Shown here: piece by piece, positions 1 to 12,834 of the stretch
Layout: each line of letters begins with the position of its first letter
How positions within the stretch are numbered: the stretch's first letter is position 1
Origin: an uncultured delta proteobacterium
Lineage (GTDB): Bacteria; Myxococcota_A; Polyangia; Polyangiales; Polyangiaceae
Assembly: GCA_963782055.1 (NCBI GenBank)
Contig: CAWAIF010000003.1
Location: 2,080,001-2,144,000, forward strand
DNA: 64,000 bases
Direction of reading: 5' to 3'
Program-made: the position numbers and the translations under genes
Notes under the pieces: model-generated
Told to the model about the DNA's origin: nothing
Databases searched by the model: none
What the model saw: the letters and a program-made list of their open reading frames with translations, nothing else

Positions 1-204
1 CTTGCCGGCGCCGTTCGGCCCGATGAAGCCGAAGATCTCGCCTTGCCCGACGTCGAAGGTCACGTCGCGCAGCACGTCCAGCCTGCCGAAGCGGTGCCAG
101 AGGTGCCGCACGCGGATGGCGGGCACCGTGGCGGGGGCGAGCCACCCGGAGGAGGGCGGCGCCTGGCTCGAGGGCGGCGCCTCGTGGCTCGTCTGCGCGC
201 TCAC
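1..204 (-). CDS. ABC transporter ATP-binding protein, N-terminal part (runs off the window edge)
   Basis: Manual translation from GTG at 204 gives ...AIRVRHLWHRFGRLDVLRDVTFDVGQGEIFGFIGPNGAGK, ending in the Walker A motif. The GTG overlaps the upstream gene's TGA (GTGA). Confidence 0.85.
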   Translation of the reverse strand, partial: MSAQTSHEAPPSSQAPPSSGWLAPATVPAIRVRHLWHRFGRLDVLRDVTFDVGQGEIFGFIGPNGAGK

Positions 205-2506
205 GGCGTACCTCCTGTGCCGACGATGCGGACCATCATCCGGTCCATCTCCACCGAGAGGCCCGTGTCCGACTTCACCTTCTCTCCGCCCTCCAGCTCT
301 CCCATCACCACCGGCTTGTCGTCCGGCCACCAGTCGACGGCCTCGCCCGCGCTGGAGGTGAAGGGCGTCCACTCCTTCTGCAGGCGGTCGAGGTCCTTCT
401 TCGCCACGCCGGAGGACATCAGCCCGGAGGGGTCGAACGGGTGCACCGTCATGGCGCCCGCGCCCACCCCGCGTCGCGAGACCGCGCTCAGCACCAGCTT
501 GCCGCTACCGGAGCTCACCGTCTCGCCGCTCTTGATCTTCTCGAAGTAGTAGACGCCGTCACCCGGCGCGTACACCAGCGCGTCGAGGAGCGTGGAGCCG
601 GTCTTGTTGGTCACGTCCAGCCCGCCCGACTTGGACGTCTTGACGACCACCGGCCCCTTGAGGTCCGTGAAGCCGTGCTCCCGGACGACGAGCGTCTGCC
701 ACGGAAGGGAGCGGATGTTCTCCAGCGACAGGCCGTTGCGGTCCACGCGGAGCACCGCGGCGTCGTCCATCGCCGAGTCGCTGGACATCACGTCCACGGT
801 GGCGGAGCGATCGGTCGCCGGGATGCTCAGGGTGCGCGTCTCGCTCGTGTAAAACCCGCGGAAGCGCACGATGCCACCGCGCGTGCTCCCGGCGGCCGTC
901 TCCAGGAGCGCCAGGTGGCGGGCGCGCCCCCGCCACCCCTTCACGATCAGCCCCACGCCGACGATCAGCCCGAACGTCGCTGCGCTCAAGATGGGCGTGA
1001 GCACGAGCGGGCGCAGCGGCTTGCCGCGACGCGACGAGCGGATGAAGCTCACCGGACCGACGAGCACGGAGTAGAGCACGAGCAGGATCGCCGCGAAGCC
1101 GAGCGCCGGGCGGAAGTTCTCGTTGGGGTCCAGCGCGCGACGCACCTCGTCGGTCCGCCCGCTGCTGCCGTAGTAGCCGTACATGGCACCGGTGGAGCGC
1201 GGGGACGCCCCCGTGGGGAAGACGATCGCCGCGCGCCGGTCCCACGCGTGATCGACGAAGTCCACCATCCGGCTCTGCACCCAGGTGTCGTCCAGCATGG
1301 GCGACACCGTCGGGTCGAAGGCGAGCAGCTCGACGTCGCCGCGCCCGTAGTGCGCGCCGGAGCCGTAGCCGTTGGGCACCAGCGTCCCGCCCGAGAAGCC
1401 AACGAGCTTGGGGCGCACCGCCGGGCCGGGGCCGCCGGCGGCGGCGCCCCCTGCGCCGCCGGTCACGCTGGGGCTGGTGCGGATGGGGATGTACGCGCCG
1501 CCCGCGGTGTCGGGGTGAAAGTCCAGCGGGTCGTTCAGGTCGTCGTCGGTGCCGGTTCCGGACGGCGCGGGCGCGCCGAAGCCCCCGCCCGTGCCGCCGC
1601 TGCCGCTGCCGAAGGGGCTGGGCGTGGGCGCGCCGCCGCCCGAGCGCGGCACCGCCGGGATGGAGAAGAGCGCGGGGTTGACCGGCGCCGAGGTGACGCC
1701 CGGCCCGGCCATGCGGGTGATCTCCGGACCGTGCAGGTCCTCCGGGCGTGCCACCACGACCGCGAGCGACCCGCCGCCCGCCACCCAGTCGAGCAGCGCG
1801 TCACGCTGCTCCGGCTCCAGCCGCGCGAGCGTGTCGGAGTGGACGAGCACGGCGGTGACGCCCGAGTACGCCGACGCCCGCACCGGGAGCACCGGGTCGC
1901 CGGTAGCCGGGTCGAACGACGGCGACGCCACGGCGAGGGTCATCGCGGGCGTCGAGCTCCCGTACGGGTAGGCGTACGCGTAGCTGGGCGTGAGCGAGTA
2001 GGAGACCGTCGCCGGCCAGCCGCGCAGGTTGATGGCGAGGCGCGGCGGGTTGTCGATGTCGACGAGCGTCGGCGCGACGGCCATGTTGGCCGTCACCGGC
2101 ACGGAGGTTATCTCCTTGCCGTCGTCGCCGGTGACCGTCAACGACAGCGTGGGCACCTGGTCGTTGATGCCTCGCGTGGGGAGCCGCACCACCGCCGAGT
2201 GGCTCGCCGGGACGTTGAACGGCGCTCGGGAGACGAAGGCGTTCTTCCCCGCCCACGAGAGCGTGGTGCGAAGCTCCAGCGTGCCCTTGCGCGGCAGCGC
2301 GCCGGTGTTGTTCAGCGTGACCAGGATGTCCTCCCAGCCGTAGCCGACGCTGGCCTCCGCCCCGAAGATGGGCACGGCGCGCACCGCGAGGGTGGCCGCC
2401 GCGGGGGCCGTGGCGGGCGCGCTGCCGGCCGCACGCGGCGCGGCGTCGGCGTGCGTCGGCAGCGCGCACGCGACGGCCACCGCGAACGCGGCGATCCCCC
2501 AACCCT

Positions 2507-2510
<4 letters not shown>
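201..2510 (-). CDS. Large exported/membrane hypothetical protein in a MoxR operon
   Basis: 769-aa ORF with signal peptide (...THADA), Gly/Pro-rich linker and two TM helices (LGFAAILLVLYSVLVGPV; LVLTPILSAATFGLIVGVGL). ATGA overlap with the MoxR stop. Confidence 0.75.
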
Positions 2511-3547
<1,037 letters not shown>

Positions 3548-3644
3548 ACGGTTTCTCCCGGGTCGCGCCCGTCGCGCGATCGTCGTGGTCGGTCCGGCCG
3601 TGCGCCCGCGCGCGCCGTCCGCGTCCGCCGGCGCGAACGCATCA

Positions 3645-5660
3645 TCATGGCTGGAAGTACTGACGTACCTGATCCCGATATTCCTGGGGGACGTCACTTC
3701 GCTCCACACCGTCGATCTCCTCCGGCCCGACGACCTTCAGGTCTCCGGTGCCCCGGGTGTTGGCGGTGCCGCCGGCGCGCCCCGCGCTGTACGTCGTGAC
3801 GGCGCCGGGCATCCCCACACCCTTGTTGAGGTGGCCGTGGGCGTGGGCCTTGAGGGTCTGGCCGTCCACCGGTCCGGTCGAGCCGGTGTGATCGCCGGTG
3901 CCCGTGTCGTGCGAGCCGCCGGCGCCGCTGCCCGTCTGCGCTTGGCCGCCGAGCGGAACAGGGAGCCCCATGCCCTGTCCCTGCCCTTGCTGGCCCTGAC
4001 CCTGCTGTCCCTGGCCTTGCTGTCCCTGGCCCTGCTGACCCTGGCCCTGCTGGCCCTGGCCCTGCTGGCCCTGCTGGCCCTGCTGACCCTGGCCCTGCTG
4101 ACCCTGCTGACCCTGGCCCTGCTGACCCTGCTGACCCTGGCCTTGCTGACCCTGCTGACCTTGACCCTGCTGTCCCTGGCCCTGCTGGCCGTGCTTGTCC
4201 ACGTCCTTCTGGGCGTCATCGGTGCCCTTCTGGGCATCGTCCAGGCTCTTCTGGCGCTTGGACTCGCTCGTCTCGTCGTCCTCCTTCGCCATGTCCTTGA
4301 GCTTGTCCTCCAGCTCCTTCTGACCCTCCGGCGAGGAGAGCTGGTCGGCGAGGTCCTTGAGGTCCTGCGGGTCGCTCTGCGCGCCCGCGCCGCCCTTCTG
4401 CGCCTGCTCCTTCAGCTTGTCGGCGAGGCGCTTGCGCTCCTCCGGCGTCATCTTGGACAGCGCCTTGCTCATCGCGTCGGCGAGCTTCTTCGCCGCCTCG
4501 TCGGTGCCCTTGCGGTCGAGCGCCTCGCTCTGGCTCTCCACGCCGTTGTCGTGGATGCCCTCCGACTTCATCGCGCCTGCGAGATCGCGCAGCGCAGAGG
4601 CGCGCTTCTCGCGGGCCTCCATCGACTTCTTCTCGTCCTCCAGGGCCTTGGCGACGTCCGGCGCGCCGTCGGCCTTCGCGGCGTCCGCCGCGTCGTCCAG
4701 CGCCTTCTTGGCGAGCGCGCGGTCCTGCTTCTCGCGCTGGTTGGCGAGCCGCTCCGCCTGCGCGTCCATCGACTCCAGGTCGTGATCGCCGAGCGCCTTC
4801 GCCGCGTTCTTGGTGACGTCGGTCTCCTGCAGCTTGGAGACGGCGCTCTCCAGCCCGGCGCGGTGCTCGCCGTCGCCGAGCGACAGCCGCTCCGCGGAGA
4901 GCTGCTCCTTGATCCGCGCGATCTTGTCCTGCGCGTCGCGCTTCTCCATCCCCTTGGAGAGCTCCTCCTTCAGCTTCTGCGCGTCGTGCGCGATCTTGTC
5001 CAGGCGCTGGCGCTGCGCCTCGTCGCGCGCGGAGAGCTGGCCGAGCTTCGCCACCTTCTCCAGGCCCTCCACCTCCGAGAGCTGCACGTTCGTCGTGCCG
5101 GGGATCGACGCGACGACGGGCGCGGGCGGCAGCGGCGCCCGCGCGACGACCACCAGCCCCGCCGCGGCGAGCGGGATGAGCGCGTGCACCGGCTTGAGCC
5201 ACGACGGCCGCGCCTGCTTGCGACCGCCGGTGGCGAGGGCGCGCGCCGCCGACTGCACGACCACCGCGCGCGTGACGTCTTCCTCGCGATCGGCGTCCTC
5301 GGTTTGCGTCATCTCCACCGCGGTGGAGATCGCCTCTTCGCTCGCCAGCTCGCCGTCCAGGTAGAGCGCGACGTCCTCGTCCGTCCACCGCTTGCGTCGC
5401 GCGACGACGATGCCCGCGGCGAGACCGAGCAGGCCGGCGGTCGCCGCGTACGGGCGGAGGGTGCCGTGCCGTGTCTTCCACGCGAGCGCCGCGGGCACCA
5501 GGGCGAGAGACAGACCGATCGCCGCGCCGGTGAGCGCGCGCCGCAGCGCGAGGCGCCGCCGCACGCGCGAGGCCCATCGATCGAAGAGCGGAGCGAAGCG
5601 CGCTTCCGTCCCTCCGGCGTGAGCCGTGGAGACGGGCTTGTCCTGCGATGCTTCGGTCAT
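3645..5660 (-). CDS. Membrane-anchored coiled-coil protein with Gln/Gly repeat (MoxR-operon associated, DUF4175-like architecture)
   Basis: N-terminal TM helices, a long K/E/A/L coiled-coil, a QGQ repeat and a C-terminal VPQEYRDQVRQYF motif. Confidence 0.75.
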   Translation of the reverse strand: MTEASQDKPVSTAHAGGTEARFAPLFDRWASRVRRRLALRRALTGAAIGLSLALVPAALAWKTRHGTLRPYAATAGLLGLAAGIVVARRKRWTDEDVALYLDGELASEEAISTAVEMTQTEDADREEDVTRAVVVQSAARALATGGRKQARPSWLKPVHALIPLAAAGLVVVARAPLPPAPVVASIPGTTNVQLSEVEGLEKVAKLGQLSARDEAQRQRLDKIAHDAQKLKEELSKGMEKRDAQDKIARIKEQLSAERLSLGDGEHRAGLESAVSKLQETDVTKNAAKALGDHDLESMDAQAERLANQREKQDRALAKKALDDAADAAKADGAPDVAKALEDEKKSMEAREKRASALRDLAGAMKSEGIHDNGVESQSEALDRKGTDEAAKKLADAMSKALSKMTPEERKRLADKLKEQAQKGGAGAQSDPQDLKDLADQLSSPEGQKELEDKLKDMAKEDDETSESKRQKSLDDAQKGTDDAQKDVDKHGQQGQGQQGQGQQGQQGQGQQGQQGQGQQGQQGQGQQGQQGQQGQGQQGQGQQGQGQQGQGQQGQGQQGQGQGMGLPVPLGGQAQTGSGAGGSHDTGTGDHTGSTGPVDGQTLKAHAHGHLNKGVGMPGAVTTYSAGRAGGTANTRGTGDLKVVGPEEIDGVERSDVPQEYRDQVRQYFQP
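3973..4190 (-). repeat. Coding tandem repeat of 6-9-bp units encoding (GQ/GQQ)n
   Basis: Units ccctgctga, ccctgg and ccctgctgg repeat on the + strand and encode GQQGQGQQGQG... Confidence 0.9.
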
Positions 5661-5993
5661 GGCGCCTTTCCTGGTCTGCGAGCCCCTGCCTCGGGACAAC
5701 GGAGCCCGCTTTGATTGTAGTCCCGTTCGGTTTGTACGAAACGGGTGCCGGTTTGTTCTCCTCGCTTGATGTAGGACATTGTCTCACCTCACGCCGGCCT
5801 GCACCCGACCCTCAGGCATCCAGCCTGGATCGTCCGACCCCCGGGTCTGGATGGCGCCCACCGGATGCGCCCAATGCACTACCTTATCCTACATCCGCGA
5901 ACTCCCGGCTTTTCCTGGGTCCGGTGGGGCATGGGTGTCTGAAGGCGGATGGACCGAGTTCTGCAATACCAGTGTCCGAACCAGGAGGACGAC

Positions 5994-7166
5994 GTGCTCC
6001 CCTTCCACAAGCGCCCGCGCCACCCCAGCGAGATTGAGATTGAGGCCGACGAGCTCGAGCCGGTCCAGCTTCCGGCCGTGAGGCCGCCGAGCAGCCGCCC
6101 CGCCCCGCTCTCCAGCCGCCCGGCCCCCCTGTCCAGCCGCCCCGCGCGGCTGTCCAGCCCGGTTCGCCCGAGCCGCCCCGCGCTCTCCTTCGCCAGCTAC
6201 GGCGACGACGAGCAGACGGTGCTCCTGCAGAAGCGTCCGACGCTCACGCCCCCGCGCGAGACCCTGGACTTCCGCAGCCCGCGCATCCCGCTGAGCCCCC
6301 GCGCGCCGCACTTCGGTGACGACGAGCCGGCGACGCAGATCCGCACCGGACACCAGGTGCTCTCGATGGGCACGCCGAGCGTGGTGGTGGAAGCCCACGC
6401 CGATCAGTCCGGCCGTCACGAGGTGACCGCGCCCTCCTCGCACCGCGTCCTCCCCGACCAGACCTCCGCGCAGCGCGCCCTGCCCGAGCCGCCGAAGTCG
6501 GCCGCCGCAGTGGACCTGAGCATGACCATGGGCGGGTCCATCGCCCCCGCGGCGATGTCCGCCGGCCGTCCTGCGCCGATCTGGGCTGCCGCGCTCCTCG
6601 CGCTCGGTGTGTTCGGCGGCCTCGTCACCGCGGTGCTCGCCCGCGGCGACGGCGGCTCCTCGATGGCCTCGCTGGTCGACCCGAGCCACGTCACCGCGAC
6701 CGCCGACCTGCAGCCCGCCGTCGCGCACGCCGCGGCCGCGCTCCCCGGCGTCGCCGCCGGCGCCGCCGCGCAGATCTCCCACCCCGCGGCTTCCTGCGTC
6801 CCCAACGCGGTCCCCCAGCAGACCGTCAAGTCGGTCACCAAGGCCCCCGAGCCGAAGGCCGACGAGGACACGACGGCGGCGGCCGACACCAAGGCCGACG
6901 ACAGCGCCTCGCACGTCGTCGCGCCGGTGCACGTCGCTCCCGCGCACAAGACGGTGGTGGCGGCCAGGCCGGTCACCAAGCCCGCCGCGCCCAAGCCGGC
7001 GGTCCACCACGCGCCCGCGCACCACGTGGTGGTGGCGACGCACCACGCGGCTCCGCACAAGACGGTGCACGTCACGCATCACGCCTCGCACGGCGACGAG
7101 CTGGACAGCGCGAGCGCGGCCGACGCCCTCGCCAAGGCCCAGCTCGAGGCGGCGCTCGGCGAGTGA
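5994..7166 (+). CDS. Single-pass membrane hypothetical protein with Pro/Ser/Arg-rich N-terminus and His-rich C-terminus
   Basis: AGGAGG at 5983-5988 precedes GTG 5994. TM helix IWAAALLALGVFGGLVTAVL. Flanks are low-complexity. Confidence 0.7.
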   Translation: MLPFHKRPRHPSEIEIEADELEPVQLPAVRPPSSRPAPLSSRPAPLSSRPARLSSPVRPSRPALSFASYGDDEQTVLLQKRPTLTPPRETLDFRSPRIPLSPRAPHFGDDEPATQIRTGHQVLSMGTPSVVVEAHADQSGRHEVTAPSSHRVLPDQTSAQRALPEPPKSAAAVDLSMTMGGSIAPAAMSAGRPAPIWAAALLALGVFGGLVTAVLARGDGGSSMASLVDPSHVTATADLQPAVAHAAAALPGVAAGAAAQISHPAASCVPNAVPQQTVKSVTKAPEPKADEDTTAAADTKADDSASHVVAPVHVAPAHKTVVAARPVTKPAAPKPAVHHAPAHHVVVATHHAAPHKTVHVTHHASHGDELDSASAADALAKAQLEAALGE

Positions 7167-7199
7167 GGTGACCCGGCGACGGGGGGGTGCCAGCGCCCG

Positions 7200-8267
7200 T
7201 CAGGGTCTGGTGCACGCGGCCCCGGTGCCCTCGACCGAGACGATGGTGTCGCTGCACGGGCCGAGCCCGTAGGACGCGCACCTCACGGTGACGACCCGCC
7301 CCGCGACGCACGCGCTGAGGTCGGCGCCGCTGCAGGTGTCCTTGCTGCAGCCGGAGGTGCGGGCGCACGCCGCCGCGACCGGCGTGCCGGGCGGCGCCGA
7401 GGGGATCGGGTTGCACGCCTGCGCCCCGGAGATGGCGTTGCAGTCCACCTGCTCGGCGAAGCCGCTGGCGCAGCCCTGCGCCTCGCCGCCGGCGGTGCAG
7501 GTGATGTCCGCGGTGCCGGCGCACGCGCTCGACCCCTCCGGCTTGCACGCGGGGACCGCGCCCGCCGTGACGCACTGACCGGCGCCGAAGAGGGAGCAGT
7601 CGAGCCCCTGGTCGACGCCGGCGTCGTCGCAGGCGACCAGGTTGGAGCCGGAGCACTGGGAGGCGGTGCACCCGCGCCGCTTCACGCCCACGCAGAGGGC
7701 GTTGCGGTTGCTCGCGTCGGGGTCGATGGCGTCGCACGTCTGGCCGTAGGCGGCGCAGTTCTCCCCGCGGGTGGGCGACCCCTTGGCCTCGCAGTCCAGG
7801 CGGGTGGCGGCGTTCTTGGCGAAGTCGGTGCAGCCGACGAAGCCGGCGCCGGTGCAGGACTGCACGCCGCCGGGCAGCACGCACGCGTCCACGTCGACGC
7901 AGGTGTTCGCGTTCTGCATGCATCCCCAGAACACCTTGGCGTCCAGCTTGGGCTTGCGGTTGGGGTTGGCGCGGCAGTTGTAGGCGAGGATGGCGTTGAC
8001 CATGCACTTGCCGGTGGCGTTCTGGCCGATGGGGAGCTCGCAGGCGGCGAGCAGCGCGCATGCCTTGGCCGCACGCGCCTCGGCGGTCGGGTCGTCCGGC
8101 GCGCAGAGGTCGACGACAGGCGGGGCGCCGCCGTCCTGCGCGCACCCGGGCGCCGCGGCGTCCAGATCGCAGAGGGTGGGGACGTCGGTCGAGTGGAAGA
8201 TGTCGCCGCACGCGAGGAGGCTCGCGAGCGTCACCGCGGCGCCGGCGTAGACGAAGGAGCGGCGCAT
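7200..8267 (-). CDS. Cys-rich lipoprotein
   Basis: MRRSFVYAGAAVTLASLLAC lipobox and many Cys. The start overlaps the stop of the PEGA gene. Confidence 0.8.
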   Translation of the reverse strand: MRRSFVYAGAAVTLASLLACGDIFHSTDVPTLCDLDAAAPGCAQDGGAPPVVDLCAPDDPTAEARAAKACALLAACELPIGQNATGKCMVNAILAYNCRANPNRKPKLDAKVFWGCMQNANTCVDVDACVLPGGVQSCTGAGFVGCTDFAKNAATRLDCEAKGSPTRGENCAAYGQTCDAIDPDASNRNALCVGVKRRGCTASQCSGSNLVACDDAGVDQGLDCSLFGAGQCVTAGAVPACKPEGSSACAGTADITCTAGGEAQGCASGFAEQVDCNAISGAQACNPIPSAPPGTPVAAACARTSGCSKDTCSGADLSACVAGRVVTVRCASYGLGPCSDTIVSVEGTGAACTRP

Positions 8268-9265
8268 CAGAAGCTGCCCTCCAGCGCCGCGCCGCCGGGC
8301 CGGACCACCAGACGCGCCGCCGGCCGCTCCGAGCTGGTGGAGGAGGGGAGCACCCAGAGGACGACCGAGACCACGGCAAGGGCGCCGGCCCCGATCCAGC
8401 TCGTGAGGGCGAGGGCGTCCCAGGTGTGGATCTCGCTCTTGGCGTCGCCGCAGTCGACGACCACGGCGCACGTCGCCGGGAGATCGCCCGCCTTGCCGTC
8501 GGCCACGAAAAACGCGCCCACTCCGAACCCTGCCACGGCGACCGTGGCGGCGGTGGCGACAATCGTGCCGACGCGGCTCCGGCCGTGGTGCCCGGCGCCC
8601 TCGTCCGGCTCGCCGCCCTCGCCGTCGCCTTCGCCCGGCGTCCCGCCGCCGGTGGCCCCGGTGGCGTCCGCGCCCTCGTCGAGCGGCAGCGCCGGCGCGT
8701 CGGTGAGCTTCACCGTGGCCGTCTGCGTCTCGCGCTCGGCGAGGGTGACCGTCGTGGTGAAGGCGTTCTTGCCGGGGGCGCGCGCCTCGACCCGGTGCGC
8801 GCCGAGCTCCACGGGCATCGCGATGCCCCAGAGGCCGACCGGAACCGGCTTTCCGTCGAGGAGGACGGTCGCGCCCTTGACCGCCGGCACCTGGATGGTG
8901 AGCGTCGGGACGCGCGCCTGCAGCTTGCGCAGCGGCTCGGCGACGGCGTCGAGGACGTCCTTGTTGTTCTCCACGCGCGCCTGCTGCTGCGACGCGGTGT
9001 AATCGGCGAGGGCGGCGACGAGGTGGCCGAGCTTCTCCTCGCAGAGGGCGATGTGGAACCGGATGCCCGCCGTCATCTTGACGCTGGACGCGCGCTTGAG
9101 CTTCTCCAGCGCGGCCGCCCAGTGCTGCGCGTCCTCGTCCTTCTCCGCCTGCGCGAAGAGCGCGCGCGCTGCCTGGATCTCGCCCGGTGTCGGCTCTGCC
9201 CAGGCGGGGGCCGCGGCGGTGGCGACGACGAGCGCCAGGGCGAGCGAGGTGCGCGACGATCGCAT
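8267..9265 (-). CDS. TPR-like + PEGA-domain exported protein with C-terminal hydrophobic hairpin
   Basis: Signal peptide (MRSSRT...AWA), helical ARALF...WAAALEK...IALCEEKLG segment and a PEGA-like GATVLLDGKPV...LGAHRVEARAPG. Confidence 0.75.
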   Translation of the reverse strand: MRSSRTSLALALVVATAAAPAWAEPTPGEIQAARALFAQAEKDEDAQHWAAALEKLKRASSVKMTAGIRFHIALCEEKLGHLVAALADYTASQQQARVENNKDVLDAVAEPLRKLQARVPTLTIQVPAVKGATVLLDGKPVPVGLWGIAMPVELGAHRVEARAPGKNAFTTTVTLAERETQTATVKLTDAPALPLDEGADATGATGGGTPGEGDGEGGEPDEGAGHHGRSRVGTIVATAATVAVAGFGVGAFFVADGKAGDLPATCAVVVDCGDAKSEIHTWDALALTSWIGAGALAVVSVVLWVLPSSTSSERPAARLVVRPGGAALEGSF

Positions 9266-9302
9266 GGTTCGGCCCCGTTCTATCAGAAGTCGGCGCCGTA
9301 GT

Positions 9303-10613
<1,311 letters not shown>

Positions 10614-10630
10614 CGGCCCAAGCGTAGCAG

Positions 10631-11113
10631 CTAGTTACCCCCGCCGAGCCCGCCGAGGAAGGGCAGGCAATCGGAGCCGCACTTGCCGGTGATGCACTGC
10701 ACGGCGGCGAAGGCCTCGGCCAGCGCGGAGAGGTCGTTGCCGGCGCACTGCTGCAGGCACTGAGGGTCGAGGCCGCTGCCGCCGAGGAGGCACTTCTGCG
10801 TGACGCACTGGAGGATCTGCTGGCAGGGCGGGTCGGTGAGGCACGTCTGCAGCTTGGAGCCGCACTGCTGGAAGATGCACTGGCCGCACTGCAGCGGCGT
10901 GGGGGCGGCCTCCGTCGCGGCGTCGGCCGGAGAGGCGTCGGCGTCGGCGGCGTCGCCCTGAGCCGCGTCCGCCGCGGCGTCGTCCGCGGAGGCGTCGACG
11001 CGCCCGCCTACCGGGTCGTCGAGCAGCGGGCCGCGGCTGCCGCACGCCGCGACGCCGAGCAGGGACACGGAGGCGAGGATGACGCCCATGCGCGCGACGC
11101 GGCCGATCGACAT
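10631..11113 (-). CDS. Small Cys-rich lipoprotein
   Basis: LLGVAAC lipobox, Asp/Ala-rich linker and repeated CxxC/CxxxC helical domain. Confidence 0.75.
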   Translation of the reverse strand: MSIGRVARMGVILASVSLLGVAACGSRGPLLDDPVGGRVDASADDAAADAAQGDAADADASPADAATEAAPTPLQCGQCIFQQCGSKLQTCLTDPPCQQILQCVTQKCLLGGSGLDPQCLQQCAGNDLSALAEAFAAVQCITGKCGSDCLPFLGGLGGGN

Positions 11114-11177
11114 GCCGGAACGCTAGCAGAGCGCAGGGAGTCGGGCGCGTCTCAATTGGACTATGCTCCGCCGCCCG

Positions 11178-12035
11178 ATGGTCGACATCCTCCGTGTCCC
11201 TGGAGAATTTCAGCGACGCTGCGAGCAGGCGCGTCGCGCGGGCGCGCGCGTGGGCTTCGTGCCCACGATGGGCGCACTTCACGAAGGCCACCTGGCGCTC
11301 GTGAAGGAGGCGCGCCGTCGCGCGTCCTTCGTCGTCGTGTCCATCTTCGTCAACCCCACGCAGTTCGGCCCGAACGAGGACCTGGCGCGCTACCCGCGCG
11401 ACCTGGAGGGTGACGTTCGCAAGCTGGCGGCCGAGGGAGTGGACGCGGTGCTCGCCCCGGAGCCCGGCGCGATGTATTTGCAGGGGGAGCAGACGCGGGT
11501 GCAGGTGGGCGCGCTGGCCGAGCCGCTGTGCGGCCCCTTTCGACCGGGCCACTTCGAGGGGGTGGCCACGGTCGTGGCGAAGCTCTTCGCGCTCGCCGGG
11601 CCCTGCGCGGCGGTCTTCGGCCGCAAGGACTACCAGCAGCTCGCCATCATCCGGCGGATGGCGGCGGACCTCTTCTTCCCGGTGGAGATCGTCGGACACC
11701 CGATCGTGCGGGAGGCGGACGGCCTGGCGCTGAGCTCGCGCAACGCGTACCTGTCGGGGGAGCAGCGGGCGCGCGCGCTCTGTCTGGTGCGGGCGCTGCG
11801 GGCGGCGAGCGACACCTTCGCGACGGGGGAGCGCGACCCGGGCGTGCTGGAGGCGGTGGCGCGCGCGGAGGTGGACCGGGGCGCCAATCGCGTCGACTAC
11901 GTGAGCGTGCTCCACCCCGACACGCTGGCGGCGCCGGCGGCCGGCGCGCCCCGCGCGCTGCTCGCCATCGCGTGCCACCTGGGCAAGACGCGGCTCATCG
12001 ACAACATGGTGCTCGGGGAGGATCCGCGTCCCTGA
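11178..12035 (+). CDS. panC: Pantoate--beta-alanine ligase
   Basis: [54 protein letters not shown]. An alternative start lies at 11163. Confidence 0.96.
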   Translation: MVDILRVPGEFQRRCEQARRAGARVGFVPTMGALHEGHLALVKEARRRASFVVVSIFVNPTQFGPNEDLARYPRDLEGDVRKLAAEGVDAVLAPEPGAMYLQGEQTRVQVGALAEPLCGPFRPGHFEGVATVVAKLFALAGPCAAVFGRKDYQQLAIIRRMAADLFFPVEIVGHPIVREADGLALSSRNAYLSGEQRARALCLVRALRAASDTFATGERDPGVLEAVARAEVDRGANRVDYVSVLHPDTLAAPAAGAPRALLAIACHLGKTRLIDNMVLGEDPRP

Positions 12036-12130
12036 GAGCGTCGGGCGTCGCGACCTGGGCTCTCTTCGCAGACGCCGCGGGGACGCCACGGTTGTCAGGC
12101 GGCAGGGCGTGGGCTACACGCCGGGGCCTC

Positions 12131-12772
12131 ATGAGCCAGGGTCGCTTCGTGGTGCTGGAGGGGATCGACGGTGCGGGCACGACGACGCAGTGCGCGCGGC
12201 TTGCCCGCGTGCTGCGCGACGGGGGCACGTCCGCGCGGGTGACGCGCGAGCCGAGCGACGGCCCCATCGGCTCGCTCATCCGGCAGATCCTCGCCGGCCG
12301 CGTCGTCGGCGCCCGCGATCTCGCCCCCGGCTGGGCCACGATGGCGCTGCTCTTCGCCGCCGACCGGATGGACCACGTGGAGTCGGAGATCGAGCCCTTC
12401 ATGCAGGCCGGCGGGGTGATCCTCTCCGACCGATACGACGCCTCCAGCCTCGCCTACCAGAGCGTGATGAGCGGCACCGGCGGCGCGCAGGCGCTGGAGT
12501 GGATCCGCGTCCTCAACAAGCACGCGCGCCGGCCGGACCTGACTATCGTGCTGGACGTTCCGGCGGACGTGGCCGCGGCGCGCCGCGAGGAGCGAGGCGA
12601 CGCCGCGCAGCTCTACGAGCAGAACGAGGTGCAGCGCGCGCTGTCGGTGTTCTACAAGGATCTGCAGAAGCACCTGCCGCGCGACCGCGTGGTGCTCGTG
12701 GACGGCGCGGGGGACATCGAGTCGACGGCGGCGAAGGTGCACGCCGCGTACGTCGAGGCGTTCGGGGCCTGA
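12131..12772 (+). CDS. tmk: Thymidylate (dTMP) kinase
   Basis: FVVLEGIDGAGTTTQ, TREPS, LLFAADR, SDRYDASSLAYQ, PDLTIVLDV. Confidence 0.92.
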   Translation: MSQGRFVVLEGIDGAGTTTQCARLARVLRDGGTSARVTREPSDGPIGSLIRQILAGRVVGARDLAPGWATMALLFAADRMDHVESEIEPFMQAGGVILSDRYDASSLAYQSVMSGTGGAQALEWIRVLNKHARRPDLTIVLDVPADVAAARREERGDAAQLYEQNEVQRALSVFYKDLQKHLPRDRVVLVDGAGDIESTAAKVHAAYVEAFGA

Positions 12773-12834
12773 CCCGACGCCCGCCGGCGGCGAGGTGGTG
12801 GCCGCTGACGGGGAGTGGGCTATCGTGTGAGGCG

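Noticed and set aside
3973..4190. Tandem repeats (also 27130-27480 and 28547-28618) as a CRISPR array
   Set aside because: They are in-frame coding repeats (QG, TSP3, poly-Gly) with no repeat-spacer structure and no cas genes.
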